DNA from: Candidatus Marinacidobacterales bacterium
GTDB lineage: Bacteria; Acidobacteriota; Vicinamibacteria; Marinacidobacterales; DATDRI01
DNA: 64,000 bases
Direction: 5' to 3'
Assembly (NCBI GenBank): GCA_965219415.1
Contig: CBDCNP010000002.1
Coordinates: forward strand, 512,001 to 576,000
Shown here: piece after piece, positions 40,177 to 49,333 of the stretch
Layout: every line of letters begins with the position of its first letter
How positions within the stretch are numbered: the stretch's first letter is position 1
Program-made: the position numbers and the translations under genes
The notes under the pieces: generated by a model
Databases searched by the model: none
Seen by the model: only the letters and a program-made list of their open reading frames with translations
Told to the model about the DNA's origin: nothing

Positions 40177-42093
40177 TCATTCTTGAACCAGTGAATCCTC
40201 GGGAAGCAGGCTCCTTCCCGGCAAGTGCGCCGGAATCGACAATCCCAGCATGTGGAGCACTGTCGGAACGATATCGATGGCGCGCACGCGAGACCATTTG
40301 CTTCCCGCCGGAACTCTCGGACCCCAGGCCGCGCAAACTGCCAGCATATCTCGGCGGGTCGGCAGAAAAATATGGTTCCCTTCCGGAGCCTTCCGTGTCA
40401 GCACTTCGTCCTTGCCGGTGCGATCCGAAAAATGATACCCGCGTGCCAGGTCAAGAAAGAGGTCGCCAGTATTCTTGCCGCCGGGCTGGAGGAGCCCTCG
40501 GGTTGCCGGTTCGAAGAACGCGGTCACGACTCTCTCGCCGCTCAACGGGTCCTCGACCGCACCGAGCGCCTTGCGCACCCGCGCCAGCACTCGAGGCTTC
40601 TCCTCGAGCGGCACGATCCCACCCTTTCTGTCGATGGTATTCACCGCCACGGAGGTGTCGGTGGTCGGCAAGAGAAGCGCCTCGGTTCGCGCGAGATCGA
40701 TGGATCGATCGGAGTTGAGGGCGAGTAGGCCGGCGTGGGCAAGAGCGATGTTCACGTTGAAGTTCTGATTGGTGCCCGCCATGCCGTGATCGGCAACGAC
40801 CACCACATGTACTCCGTCGCGGGAAGCGTAGTCCATCATCGCGCCCAAGAGATGGTCCTGCAGCTCGAAGGCCGCCACGAGCGTTGGCCACACTTTCTCG
40901 GCCAGGGCGGCATCGAAACCCGGCATCGCAGGATCCACATAACCGACCGACGCATGCGCCAGCTCATCGGTAACGGGTGAGTACATGATAACGAGTCGGT
41001 AGTCTCCTTCATCCAGAACACGGACCACCTGCCTCCGAATTTGCTCGTTGAGATGGGCCTCCGTATCCAGTAGCCGCTCCTCTGCAGAACCGTCGCCGCC
41101 CTTCATTAACGTCCTTCCCAGTCGACCGGTTTTGTACAGACGGTCTCCAGCGTTTCCAGCGAAGGCCTCGATCTCCGTTTCACCTATTCCCGGAAATGCG
41201 TTCGAGGAGCTGAGAATCGCCTCGGCACTGCTTCGGTAAATCATGAAACGAGACGCCGTCTCATCGAGATCGAACACTCGGAGTGAAAACCAAAGCTCCT
41301 CGCCTTGCAGCGTCGTCGCGATGGGCGAGGAAAAGGATTCGTCTCTTCCCGGTTTGACTCGCGCTAAAAATTGGCCGGCTTGCTTATTGGCGCAGATGCC
41401 TAGGGTGTCGCAACCCACTGCTGGATCAAACGGATCGTCAAAGAAAAGCGCCCAAAAGGATCGATCGCCCACCCTCAGGACGAACTCTCGTGCCTCGGCC
41501 CCCTCAGCTTCCGCAATCGCCCATCCCCACGCCGGCGCAAGTGTGACGCGCCGATCGGTGAGGACGTCCGCGGTGATGCGTTGTCCCGAGTAGCCATAAA
41601 GCAATCCCAGGTTCTCGGCTTCTTCGGAACGCAACCGACCGAGGCTGTCGGCGAACGGATAGGACTGCGTTGCGTGGAAGACGTAGGTCATCAAACCCGC
41701 CCGCGCCGTCATCACCCAGATCGGATCGGCCCGTAGCGGAGGTGAGAAAAACCCTGATTCTTTTTCCAGTCGCGTGTGCTCGCTTGGCGGCTCCAGGAGA
41801 AGCGAGTTCCCGGTGATGCCGCTGGCGTGTCCATAGACACCGGTCCAAAACGTAGCGTTTGCGGCCGCGGTCTTGGTGGGGTAGGTGGTGATCATGCCGT
41901 CCGACCAAGCCCCCTCACGCACTACCCTTTGTAGATGGGGCAACCTACCCTCCGCCAGGATCCGAGACGCGACCCAGTGCGCCGCTCCATCCCAGATAAA
42001 GAAGATGACCCGGGGAGGCGGGCTCCAACTGAAGGCAAGCGAGGTGGCAAAGAAGAAAATCGCAAGAGGTGTCACCGCCTTGAGTCTGCGCAC
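40177..42093 (-). CDS. Alkaline phosphatase superfamily (nucleotide pyrophosphatase/phosphodiesterase) protein
   Basis: Signal peptide; 'IWDGA', 'PTKTAA..ATFWTG', 'DELAH', 'ADHG' and 'DIVPTV' motifs. Confidence 0.85.
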   Translation of the reverse strand: MRRLKAVTPLAIFFFATSLAFSWSPPPRVIFFIWDGAAHWVASRILAEGRLPHLQRVVREGAWSDGMITTYPTKTAAANATFWTGVYGHASGITGNSLLLEPPSEHTRLEKESGFFSPPLRADPIWVMTARAGLMTYVFHATQSYPFADSLGRLRSEEAENLGLLYGYSGQRITADVLTDRRVTLAPAWGWAIAEAEGAEAREFVLRVGDRSFWALFFDDPFDPAVGCDTLGICANKQAGQFLARVKPGRDESFSSPIATTLQGEELWFSLRVFDLDETASRFMIYRSSAEAILSSSNAFPGIGETEIEAFAGNAGDRLYKTGRLGRTLMKGGDGSAEERLLDTEAHLNEQIRRQVVRVLDEGDYRLVIMYSPVTDELAHASVGYVDPAMPGFDAALAEKVWPTLVAAFELQDHLLGAMMDYASRDGVHVVVVADHGMAGTNQNFNVNIALAHAGLLALNSDRSIDLARTEALLLPTTDTSVAVNTIDRKGGIVPLEEKPRVLARVRKALGAVEDPLSGERVVTAFFEPATRGLLQPGGKNTGDLFLDLARGYHFSDRTGKDEVLTRKAPEGNHIFLPTRRDMLAVCAAWGPRVPAGSKWSRVRAIDIVPTVLHMLGLSIPAHLPGRSLLPEDSLVQE

Positions 42094-42164
42094 AGATGGA
42101 TTCTAACACTGCGCTGGGAGAATTCGTGGCGAGCGTATATATTGCGCCGACGGAGAAATCATCG

Positions 42165-43583
42165 ATGACCTGGATACGCCGCCTTTTATCAATTGGCTTC
42201 GTTTTGATGCTCCCCTGCCTCGCCAGCGGAGAGGACGACGAGTCCTTCCAGAAGGCGGCAACTCAGATTCTCGGCGCCGCCCAACAGAATTCCCGTGTCA
42301 TGGATACTCTACGGCACCTGACCGATCGTATCGGCCCTCGCCTCAGTGGCTCGCCGGGTGCCGAAGCCGCCGTCGAATGGACCACGGCAAGAATGCGAGC
42401 CGACGGCCTGAACGTTTCGTTGCAACCGGTGAAAGTACCTCGCTGGATCCGCGGCGAGGAAATCGGCGAGCTCCTCACGCCTTCCCGCCAAGAGCTCTCT
42501 CTCACCGCGCTGGGAGGCACCGTCGCCACACCCAGCAAAGGACTCACCGCCGAAGTCATCGAGGTTCGAAGTTTTCAGGAGCTCGATGAGCGCAGCGAAG
42601 AAATCCAGGGAAAGATCGTCTACTACCACAGTACGATGGATCCAGCACTCAACCCTTTCGAAGCGTACAGCCGAGCCGTGGTTTTCCGGGCCCGCGGGGC
42701 GATCGAAGCGGCGCGACTCGGTGCGGTAGGCTCTCTCATTCGGTCCCTGGCGACCGTCAGCTTGCGAACGCCACACACCGGTGCCATGAGCTACGACCCC
42801 GATGTGCCGCGCATCCCGCACGCGGCGCTCAGCACCGAAGACGGGGATCTCCTGCATCGTCTGATCGCCGAAGGCGAAAAGCCGACGGTGCGCTTGACTC
42901 TGACTCCCCGCCGGGAGTCCGACGTCGAGTCTGCCAATGTGATCGCGGAGCTACCCGGCCGCGAGCTCCCCGAAGAGATCGTGCTCATCGGTGCGCACTT
43001 GGATTCCTGGGATCTCGGAACCGGAGCCTTCGACGATGCGGCGGGCTGCGCCTTGGTCATGGAAACGCCGCAACTCCTAAAGCAGCTTGGGTTGATCCCA
43101 CGCCGCACGATTCGCGTCGTGCTCTTCATGGACGAGGAGAGCGGACTTCGCGGTGCGCGTCGCTACGCGAAGCTCTCGCCGGAGGAGCTCCGGGCCCACG
43201 TCGCAGCGATCGAGGCCGATACGGGAGCAGACGATCCCCTCGGATTCAGCGTCAGCCAAGGAGGAAGGGCCCTGAAGCTAATCAAGAAATGGGCGAGGAT
43301 GCTCGAGCCGATCGAGGCCGATCAGATCATCGAGGGCGGTTTCGGAGGTGCGGACATCGGTCTGCTAGGTCGCCAAGGCGTTCTCGCGTTGGGCCTCTTA
43401 CAAGATCCGTCGCGGTATTTCTTCTACCACCACTCGCGGACCGACACGTTCGATAAAGTGAACCCGGAAGCCATGCGGCGAAACCTGGCCGCCATGGCGC
43501 TCATGGCCTATGCGCTTGCAGAGACAGAAGAGGATCTAAGAGGCGATCGGGGTGGCCGTCGCCCGACTAGCAGCCGCCGGTAG
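42165..43583 (+). CDS. M28 family peptidase (carboxypeptidase Q-like)
   Basis: 'IGPRLSGS', PA domain, 'GAHLDSWD', 'GAFDD..G', 'EE.GL.G' and 'YHHSRTDT' motifs. Confidence 0.92.
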   Translation: MTWIRRLLSIGFVLMLPCLASGEDDESFQKAATQILGAAQQNSRVMDTLRHLTDRIGPRLSGSPGAEAAVEWTTARMRADGLNVSLQPVKVPRWIRGEEIGELLTPSRQELSLTALGGTVATPSKGLTAEVIEVRSFQELDERSEEIQGKIVYYHSTMDPALNPFEAYSRAVVFRARGAIEAARLGAVGSLIRSLATVSLRTPHTGAMSYDPDVPRIPHAALSTEDGDLLHRLIAEGEKPTVRLTLTPRRESDVESANVIAELPGRELPEEIVLIGAHLDSWDLGTGAFDDAAGCALVMETPQLLKQLGLIPRRTIRVVLFMDEESGLRGARRYAKLSPEELRAHVAAIEADTGADDPLGFSVSQGGRALKLIKKWARMLEPIEADQIIEGGFGGADIGLLGRQGVLALGLLQDPSRYFFYHHSRTDTFDKVNPEAMRRNLAAMALMAYALAETEEDLRGDRGGRRPTSSRR

Positions 43584-43663
43584 CGAAACGACCGGGTGCT
43601 GACGTCAAAGTTGCGTTCCTCACCCCCGCCAACTACCCGCTAGACCTCCAAACCATCGCTGCG

Positions 43664-44827
43664 CTATTCGCGCTGCGCGTCCTTCTCGTACCGGGCCAGG
43701 TTGGTTTTGATCCGTTCGGCGAGCCGATCGTCTTCGCCATCAAGCTGGCTCACCGCTTTCTTTTGCCAATCGAGCGCTTGATCCAGATTCCCCATGTCGT
43801 AGTGCACCCGTGCCAGCGTTTCCAGGAACCGAACGTTCTGTTCTTCTGCCAACTCGTTGGCGCGCCGCGCCGCCTGGAGAGCAAAGCGCAGATCTCTCCT
43901 GGCGATTCCGGGCGAGGACAGAGTCGCATCGGCCAATCTGCCAAGCTCCTCCTCTTGATCCCAAATCTCTTTCATGAAGGCGTAGCCGAACTTGTACCCC
44001 GCTTCGGGATCCTTCAGATCGCGAAGCAGGGTCACGAACCTGAGCTGCTTGGCGTGGTTGGTTGGATCGAGCCGCGGGTCCAGCGATCGATCGGGCGACG
44101 CCGTGCTCATCGACAGGTAGATCTCGACGTCGAGCTCATCGGCAATGCGGTCGGCCCAATCACGAGACGAGGCCTTCCAACCAAGCTCCTCGCGCTTGAG
44201 CGTGAAGGCGCTCTCCAGAAACAAGAGATCGCCGTCGAGGCGCGCCATCGTCCCAAAGGTCGATGGCATGAAGGTCAGCGTCGCCGGGATCGTCAGTTGT
44301 TTGACGCTTTCCTTAACGGTCAACTTGGCTTCCAACTCGACCTCGTAGTGGGTCGACACTTCGTCGTGGTGGGTCTGGGTGAACCCGACGACGCGGGTAA
44401 TTTCAACGAGCATTTCGGGATGATTGTCTCGGTCTAGAAACTCTGAACTCTGGACTATCTCGTTCCCTCCGCCCGGTGTGGTGAAGTTGTCGTCGATGCC
44501 GGTCTCCCAAGACACCACCGGTATCCGAAAAGCCGCATGGAGCACTGGAGTCGTTCCGGCCTCGTCCAGGTCGAAAGGCGCTACGACGTAGCCGACCAAC
44601 CGCTTGGTCGTAACGGTAAGCCTCTGGAGCAAAGCGTCGGAGACGAGAAAGACTTGCGGCCCCTCTCCAGGCCGAACGAAGTAGACTTCTCCCGCGTCCA
44701 TCTGCTCATCGGGCACGTTGAGAGTCTGCCCGCCCAGCGAACGCCCCGGAACCTGGCCGTATCCAGCAACGGCCGACAAGATCGCTCACGCCACCAGGCA
44801 TCCGAGAAATCTTGACGCAGAAATCAT
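43664..44827 (-). CDS. Secreted protein with YceI-like domain and C-terminal TPR (frameshift in the signal region)
   Basis: YceI-like 'IPVVSWETG...FLD....P....LTVK' and TPR 'LETLARVHYDMGNLDQALDWQKKAV'. ATG at 44827 is coupled to the upstream stop. Confidence 0.6.
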
Positions 44828-46142
44828 TAGTGGCTCCCCAGGTCGAGGGCCTTGATTGTGGTCCGGTTCCGGATGTAGAGCGTGCCGTCCGCCAAAGTGG
44901 GGGGCGCCCAGACCAACCGATCCATCACGTGGGCGCGGCTGTGAATCGTCAGATCCTCGGGAATTGGTGTCGCGATGGCCAGATCCCCCTCCTCGTCCAA
45001 AATGACCACATGGTCTCCCGCTCTCAAGAGATGCGCTCGACCAAAACCACGCTTTCTCCACACCACCTTTCCCGTCCTCACGTGGATGCCCATTAGAAAA
45101 GCGGGCCCGAAGTCTCCACTGGACCCGTAGACGTGGTCCCCAATCCTAACCGCCGACGCATACATCACTCGCATCTTTCGGCTGTACCAGAGCTCCTCAG
45201 CCTCGAACCGGTCTCCTTTTTTCTTTACTTCGATCACGCGGCTACCGTCCGCGTATGCACTCGAGCCGAACAACAGCTGGTCTTCACCCCAGATCTGCGT
45301 CGACATGATCGTCCCCGCGGTTTTCGGCAGCGATAGGTGCCAGCGGAGCTCGCCGTTACGCGGGTCGATACCGGCCCGGTCTGGTCCCATGGCCACGAAG
45401 AGCTGATCCTCTCCTTCGACGTTGACGAGAATCGGGGCAGAATAGCCGGCGCGGAAACTCTGGCTTTTCCAGACGATCTCTCCGCTCTCCGCGTGGAACG
45501 CCACCACCGCTTGGTCTTTGCCACCCACCCCCAGGATCACCTTACCGTCGTAGGCGATGGGGCTAGGCCCGTAGCCTCTGCCCAAATGGCTGGCCTCCAT
45601 CTCCTTCATGAGATCGCGGGCCCAAAGCACCTCCCCGGTGCGCTTGTCGAGGCAATGGAGCTTCACCGTCGAGCTAACAGTAAAGAGGCGTTCTCCCAGC
45701 AGCAGGGGCGTCGCGATGGGTCCGGGACCGAACTCGAGAACCATGTCTTCAACGGTGGGCGAATCGTAGGAGGTTTCCCAGAGAGTCTCGCCGGTGTCGG
45801 GTAGTGTCCTAATTTAGGACACTACCCGGTGTCGGCGTCGATGGCAATCACCACGTCGCCTTCCCCCTGCCGGTACATCGTGTACAGCCGATGGTTCTCT
45901 ACGAGGATGGCCGAGTAGCCGTCTCCGAGCTCCCGACTCCAAAGCTCTTTCGGCCCCGATTCGGGCCACGTAAGCGCGAGGCTCACACCATCGACGGTAA
46001 AATTTCGATGCGGCCCGCCAAACTGCGTCCACTGGGAATAGCCAGGCGCCGCGAGTAGCGAGACGCTTAACCCGAGGGAACCGAGTCTCAGAAGGCCGAA
46101 GCTGTTTCGAGAAACCAACCACCAACCGAGTCTTTTCCGCAT
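44827..46142 (-). pseudogene. PQQ-binding-like beta-propeller protein disrupted by a 35-bp insertion
   Basis: 'WTQFGGPHRN', 'LW.RELGDGYS' and repeated 'TG...W' motifs. Removing 45801-45835 restores ...IDADTGETLWE... Confidence 0.85.
45791..45835. repeat. 25-bp perfect palindrome flanked by a 10-bp direct repeat (IS footprint-like)
   Basis: CCGGTGTCGG [GTAGTGTCCTAA T TTAGGACACTAC] CCGGTGTCGG. Confidence 0.9.
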
Positions 46143-46347
46143 CCCGTCCACCTCAAACGGTCTTTAGAATTTCCTTGATTTGATCCAGCTCGATTACGCG
46201 TGTCCGGGGCAGACTCTCTCTGATCGGCGACCGGTGCGGCACATCATATCTCACAAGGCGGGGAAACTTGATTGCCGTTTTGTTGGACGGACGGACAAAA
46301 TTCGACCTCTCGATGCTACAATCGGCTGCACCTAGGAGGGATGGATC

Positions 46348-47232
46348 GTGTCGTTGGCACTCTTACTGTGTTTCTCGATGATGCAGCCTGCCCAAGGGCA
46401 GAGCCCAGAACTCAAGGTCTACATTTCTGCCGACATGGAAGGCGTCGGTGGAGCGGTGACGCGCCAACAAGTGAGTCGGGACGGCTTCGAATACGAGCGT
46501 TTCCGTGAGCTCATGACAACCGAAGTGAACGCTGCTATTGAAAGCGCCTTAGAGGCGGGGGCGACCGAGATCGTAGTCAGCGACTCACACGGCAGCGGCC
46601 AAAACCTTCTTGTCGACCAACTCAATCCGGCGGCGAAGCTGATCCGCTCCTTCCCGCGGCCGCAAGACATGATGCAAGGAATCGACGCCAGTTTCGACGC
46701 CGCCTTGTTCATCGGCTATCACGCCGGCCAAGGGAATCCCGACGGGGTCCTTGCCCATACGATGAACGGCGAAGTGCTGTGGATCAAGCTAAACGGCGTA
46801 ACCGTGGGAGAGCCCGGCTTCAACGCCGCTTTGGCGGGACACTTCGGAGTGCCAGTCATCATGATCGCCGGCGACCAGGGCGCCGTCGGGGGGCTGCGAG
46901 ATTTGGTTGGCGATGTCGAAGGCGCCGAGGTGAAGCACGCCTACGGCGCCACTTCCGCGCTGACGCTACATCCTACGCGGTCACAACAGCTCATCGCCGA
47001 GCGCACGACCACTGCCCTCGGTCGACTCCGAGACTTCAAACCCTACCAGGTGGCGACGCCTATCAGCATGGAGGTTGCCTTCAAGAACACCGTGACCACC
47101 GAAGTCGTTGCCATGATTCCGGGCGTGGAGCGAACTGCTCCGAACGCGGTGAAACTTACCGTGCCCGACATGGTGGCGGCAGCCAAGTTCGTTGTCGTGC
47201 TCATGTACCTCGAAGTGGCCAACGAAGGTTAG
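46348..47232 (+). CDS. M55 family D-aminopeptidase (DppA-like) with signal peptide
   Basis: 'KVYISADMEG', 'DSHG', 'FIGYHA' and 'LAHT' motifs. Confidence 0.92.
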   Translation: MSLALLLCFSMMQPAQGQSPELKVYISADMEGVGGAVTRQQVSRDGFEYERFRELMTTEVNAAIESALEAGATEIVVSDSHGSGQNLLVDQLNPAAKLIRSFPRPQDMMQGIDASFDAALFIGYHAGQGNPDGVLAHTMNGEVLWIKLNGVTVGEPGFNAALAGHFGVPVIMIAGDQGAVGGLRDLVGDVEGAEVKHAYGATSALTLHPTRSQQLIAERTTTALGRLRDFKPYQVATPISMEVAFKNTVTTEVVAMIPGVERTAPNAVKLTVPDMVAAAKFVVVLMYLEVANEG

Positions 47233-47239
47233 TGCCGGC

Positions 47240-47322
47240 GGCGTCTCCAAAATCAATAAAAAGGTCGAGTCGAACAACCCAAGGCCGCGAACTAGCTCGG
47301 CCGATTCGTCATCGCGCTCCAT
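47240..47322 (-). pseudogene. N-terminal stub of an APC amino-acid permease
   Basis: MERDDESAELVRGLGLFDSTFLLI matches the usual 'L.R.LGL.D' permease start, then runs into the dppA 3' end. Confidence 0.55.
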
Positions 47323-47369
47323 ATGGGGATGTGGGAGTCGTAGTCCGGAGTCTTATTGGGAACGGGGTC

Positions 47370-47432
47370 CTATTGTTCCCCCTCCCAAATAGCGATGCCG
47401 CCGGCCTGTTTTCCGACGGCGACCGCCGCAAG
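47370..47432 (-). repeat. Displaced copy of the 3' end of the 57196..58341 propeller gene (left island boundary)
   Basis: Encodes LAAVAVGKQAGGIAIWEGEQ*, against VASVDVGKQAGGIAIWERDR* in the intact gene. Shares CTCCCAAATAGCGATGCCGCC exactly. Confidence 0.85.
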
Positions 47433-47543
47433 CACGCTCTTAAGGCGTCCTGTAAACGACGACCCCACCTGGGGCTCTGACTGGACGCAGGGTCGACGCT
47501 GAGTGGTTAATCACGGATTGCGGCGCTTGAGTTAGAAGCCGAC

Positions 47544-47849
47544 TTAGACGCCTTGGAGGCGAACCCGTTTGTCCCCGAAACTCGCAACAACTTCAAGTTC
47601 TCCACCCAGCGCCTCAACGTACCGCCGCAACGTAGACACCAAGTGGTCCTCACGCCTTTCGGTTCGGGATAGCTCCGATTGTGCTACCTCCGCAAGCCTA
47701 GCCAACTCCTCCTGCGTTTTTCCCAATGACTCCCGTAACACCTTGAGATTCATTTCGAGGAGTTCGGCTTCTACCCAGCGCCGGTTGGCTTCCCGCTGGG
47801 CGGGCGTCAGCTTGGTAGCTTTCAAATCCTTCCAACGGTGGACACGCAT
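47544..47849 (-). CDS. Xre-family HTH antitoxin (HigA-like)
   Basis: 'LRESLGKTQEELA...Q.ELSR.E....STLRRYVEALGGELEV' motif; directly downstream of the toxin. Confidence 0.88.
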   Translation of the reverse strand: MRVHRWKDLKATKLTPAQREANRRWVEAELLEMNLKVLRESLGKTQEELARLAEVAQSELSRTERREDHLVSTLRRYVEALGGELEVVASFGDKRVRLQGV

Positions 47850-47851
47850 AT

Positions 47852-48179
47852 CTACTTCCTCCTCTCCTCTTCCTCAGCGAGGTATTGCTGCCAACTGGCC
47901 TCAGCCTTCGGGACAAATGTCTCGTAGAATCGATCGTCCCCAGTCTTGTCTCCCGCGATCAAGAGAACGGCCTGTCGCCAAGGATCGAACGCGTAGAAAA
48001 CGCGGAACGGGCGCCCCCGAGACTGGACCCGAAGTTCCCGTAGCGGAAATCGGCTCTCCTCAATACCGTCCCCTCCACCTCAAGGAGGTCTACCACCCGG
48101 GCGACGTCGACCCGTTTCGTCGTTGTCGAGAGCTTCCCACCACTCCTTGAACTCATCGGTCCACGATGACCTCAACCAC
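47852..48179 (-). pseudogene. RelE/HigB-like toxin, frameshifted
   Basis: Fragments VEVIV/TDEFKEWWEAL, VDLLEVEG and LRELRVQSRGRPFRVFYAFDP..QAVLLIAGDKTGDDRFY in shifting frames; toxin-first order. Confidence 0.78.
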
Positions 48180-48186
48180 AATCCAT

Positions 48187-48215
48187 AGTATACGCTTAAC
48201 CTCATATTCTGTCAA
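48187..48215 (-). promoter_or_regulatory. Sigma70 promoter of the TA operon, probably leaderless
   Basis: TTGACA-17 nt-TATACT ending about 7 nt before the GTG at 48179. Confidence 0.7.
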
Positions 48216-48499
48216 GCGCATATTCCCAATACAAGCACGGACCGGGATGACCCGCGATCTTGGCATGAGCTGCGGCTGTGGCTCCTGAGTTGTGGCTGTG
48301 GAACGCTCAGCTGCGGTTCTGGCGCACAAGCTGCGGCAGACGAAGCCCGCCCGCCCCAAGCTCCGGAGGGAGTCGGCCTCGCTTCGCGAACGGGCAAGGC
48401 TCGCGCAGCGGAGCAAGGCACGCGCCCTTCGCTGGAATCCAATGAGTCAAGCTTCGGTCACGTCCCTTGCATCGCTGTCCGATAGTGGCCTACAGATCC

Positions 48500-49327
48500 T
48501 TACGTTTGATGCTGCCTCCTGAGTTTCCAAAGCAGAAAACGATTCGGAGGGGAGCCAAGTCCGGCCGCTTTCCAGAGGGCCCAGAGCCTTTTCCGGTTGC
48601 CGGGCTCCTCGGGATCCTGTGGCGATTCTGCCGTCAGCAGAAGCAAACCTCCGTTCCGTAGATCGCGCCTTCGCAAACCGCCGATCTTTGCCTTCTCGAC
48701 GATGCCATCTATTAGTGCTTTCCAACGCTCGGAGAAGAAGTTGGCCCAATAGACGGATTGCAGAGGCCACGCCACTTCCTCCCCGGGGTGAACGCGAGGC
48801 GCGGACGCCAGCATGCCTGGCAAAAAGGAGAGGGGGGCAGCACTTCCGTCCAACGCAATTGCATCTGTTATATCATGTGCATGCCCGTGATCGGCCCCGA
48901 CCGTTTCGAAGAGCGCCACGAGAAACTCTAAAACACTTTCGATGTGTTCTTGGTTTGTAGCCTCGCCGACTCTGACGCTGATGCTTGACTTGGCGTAACT
49001 CCCGCGCTCCCAGCCGCTCCCCCTCGGTCGCAGGCGTGGTCCATCGAGCAGCTCAGTGATAGTGACCGTGAACTGCGACGGGTCACTATGCGCGAGCATC
49101 AATGCCTTTCCAGGATTTTTCCGTAGTTTCGCAATCAGAGCGTCTCTTTCCCCCTCCCGGCTGCCAACTCCATGCCACGTCGGGGCGCCAATCCGATCCG
49201 TATAATCATACTTGTCAAGACACACGTATTGTTGTTCGTCCGCTAAGAACTGCAACAACCTTGCCGGTTCCTCCTGGAGCAGGCGGCTGTACGCAACAAA
49301 GTGTGCTGACAGTTGTGGATTCAGCAT
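48500..49327 (-). CDS. Putative immunity protein for the Rhs toxin
   Basis: Starts 7 nt after the Rhs stop. The C-terminal 'VYWANFFS...L.NGGLLLL....P' pattern resembles REase-toxin immunity proteins. Confidence 0.6.
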   Translation of the reverse strand: MLNPQLSAHFVAYSRLLQEEPARLLQFLADEQQYVCLDKYDYTDRIGAPTWHGVGSREGERDALIAKLRKNPGKALMLAHSDPSQFTVTITELLDGPRLRPRGSGWERGSYAKSSISVRVGEATNQEHIESVLEFLVALFETVGADHGHAHDITDAIALDGSAAPLSFLPGMLASAPRVHPGEEVAWPLQSVYWANFFSERWKALIDGIVEKAKIGGLRRRDLRNGGLLLLTAESPQDPEEPGNRKRLWALWKAAGLGSPPNRFLLWKLRRQHQT

Positions 49328-49333
49328 TGACTA

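Noticed and set aside
48240-48460. attC-like or REP-like palindromic stretches here and at about 8007-8040, 16550-16645 and 47500-47545
   Set aside because: There is no integron integrase, and I could not pair complete R''/L''/L'/R' boxes. They look like degenerate intergenic repeats.
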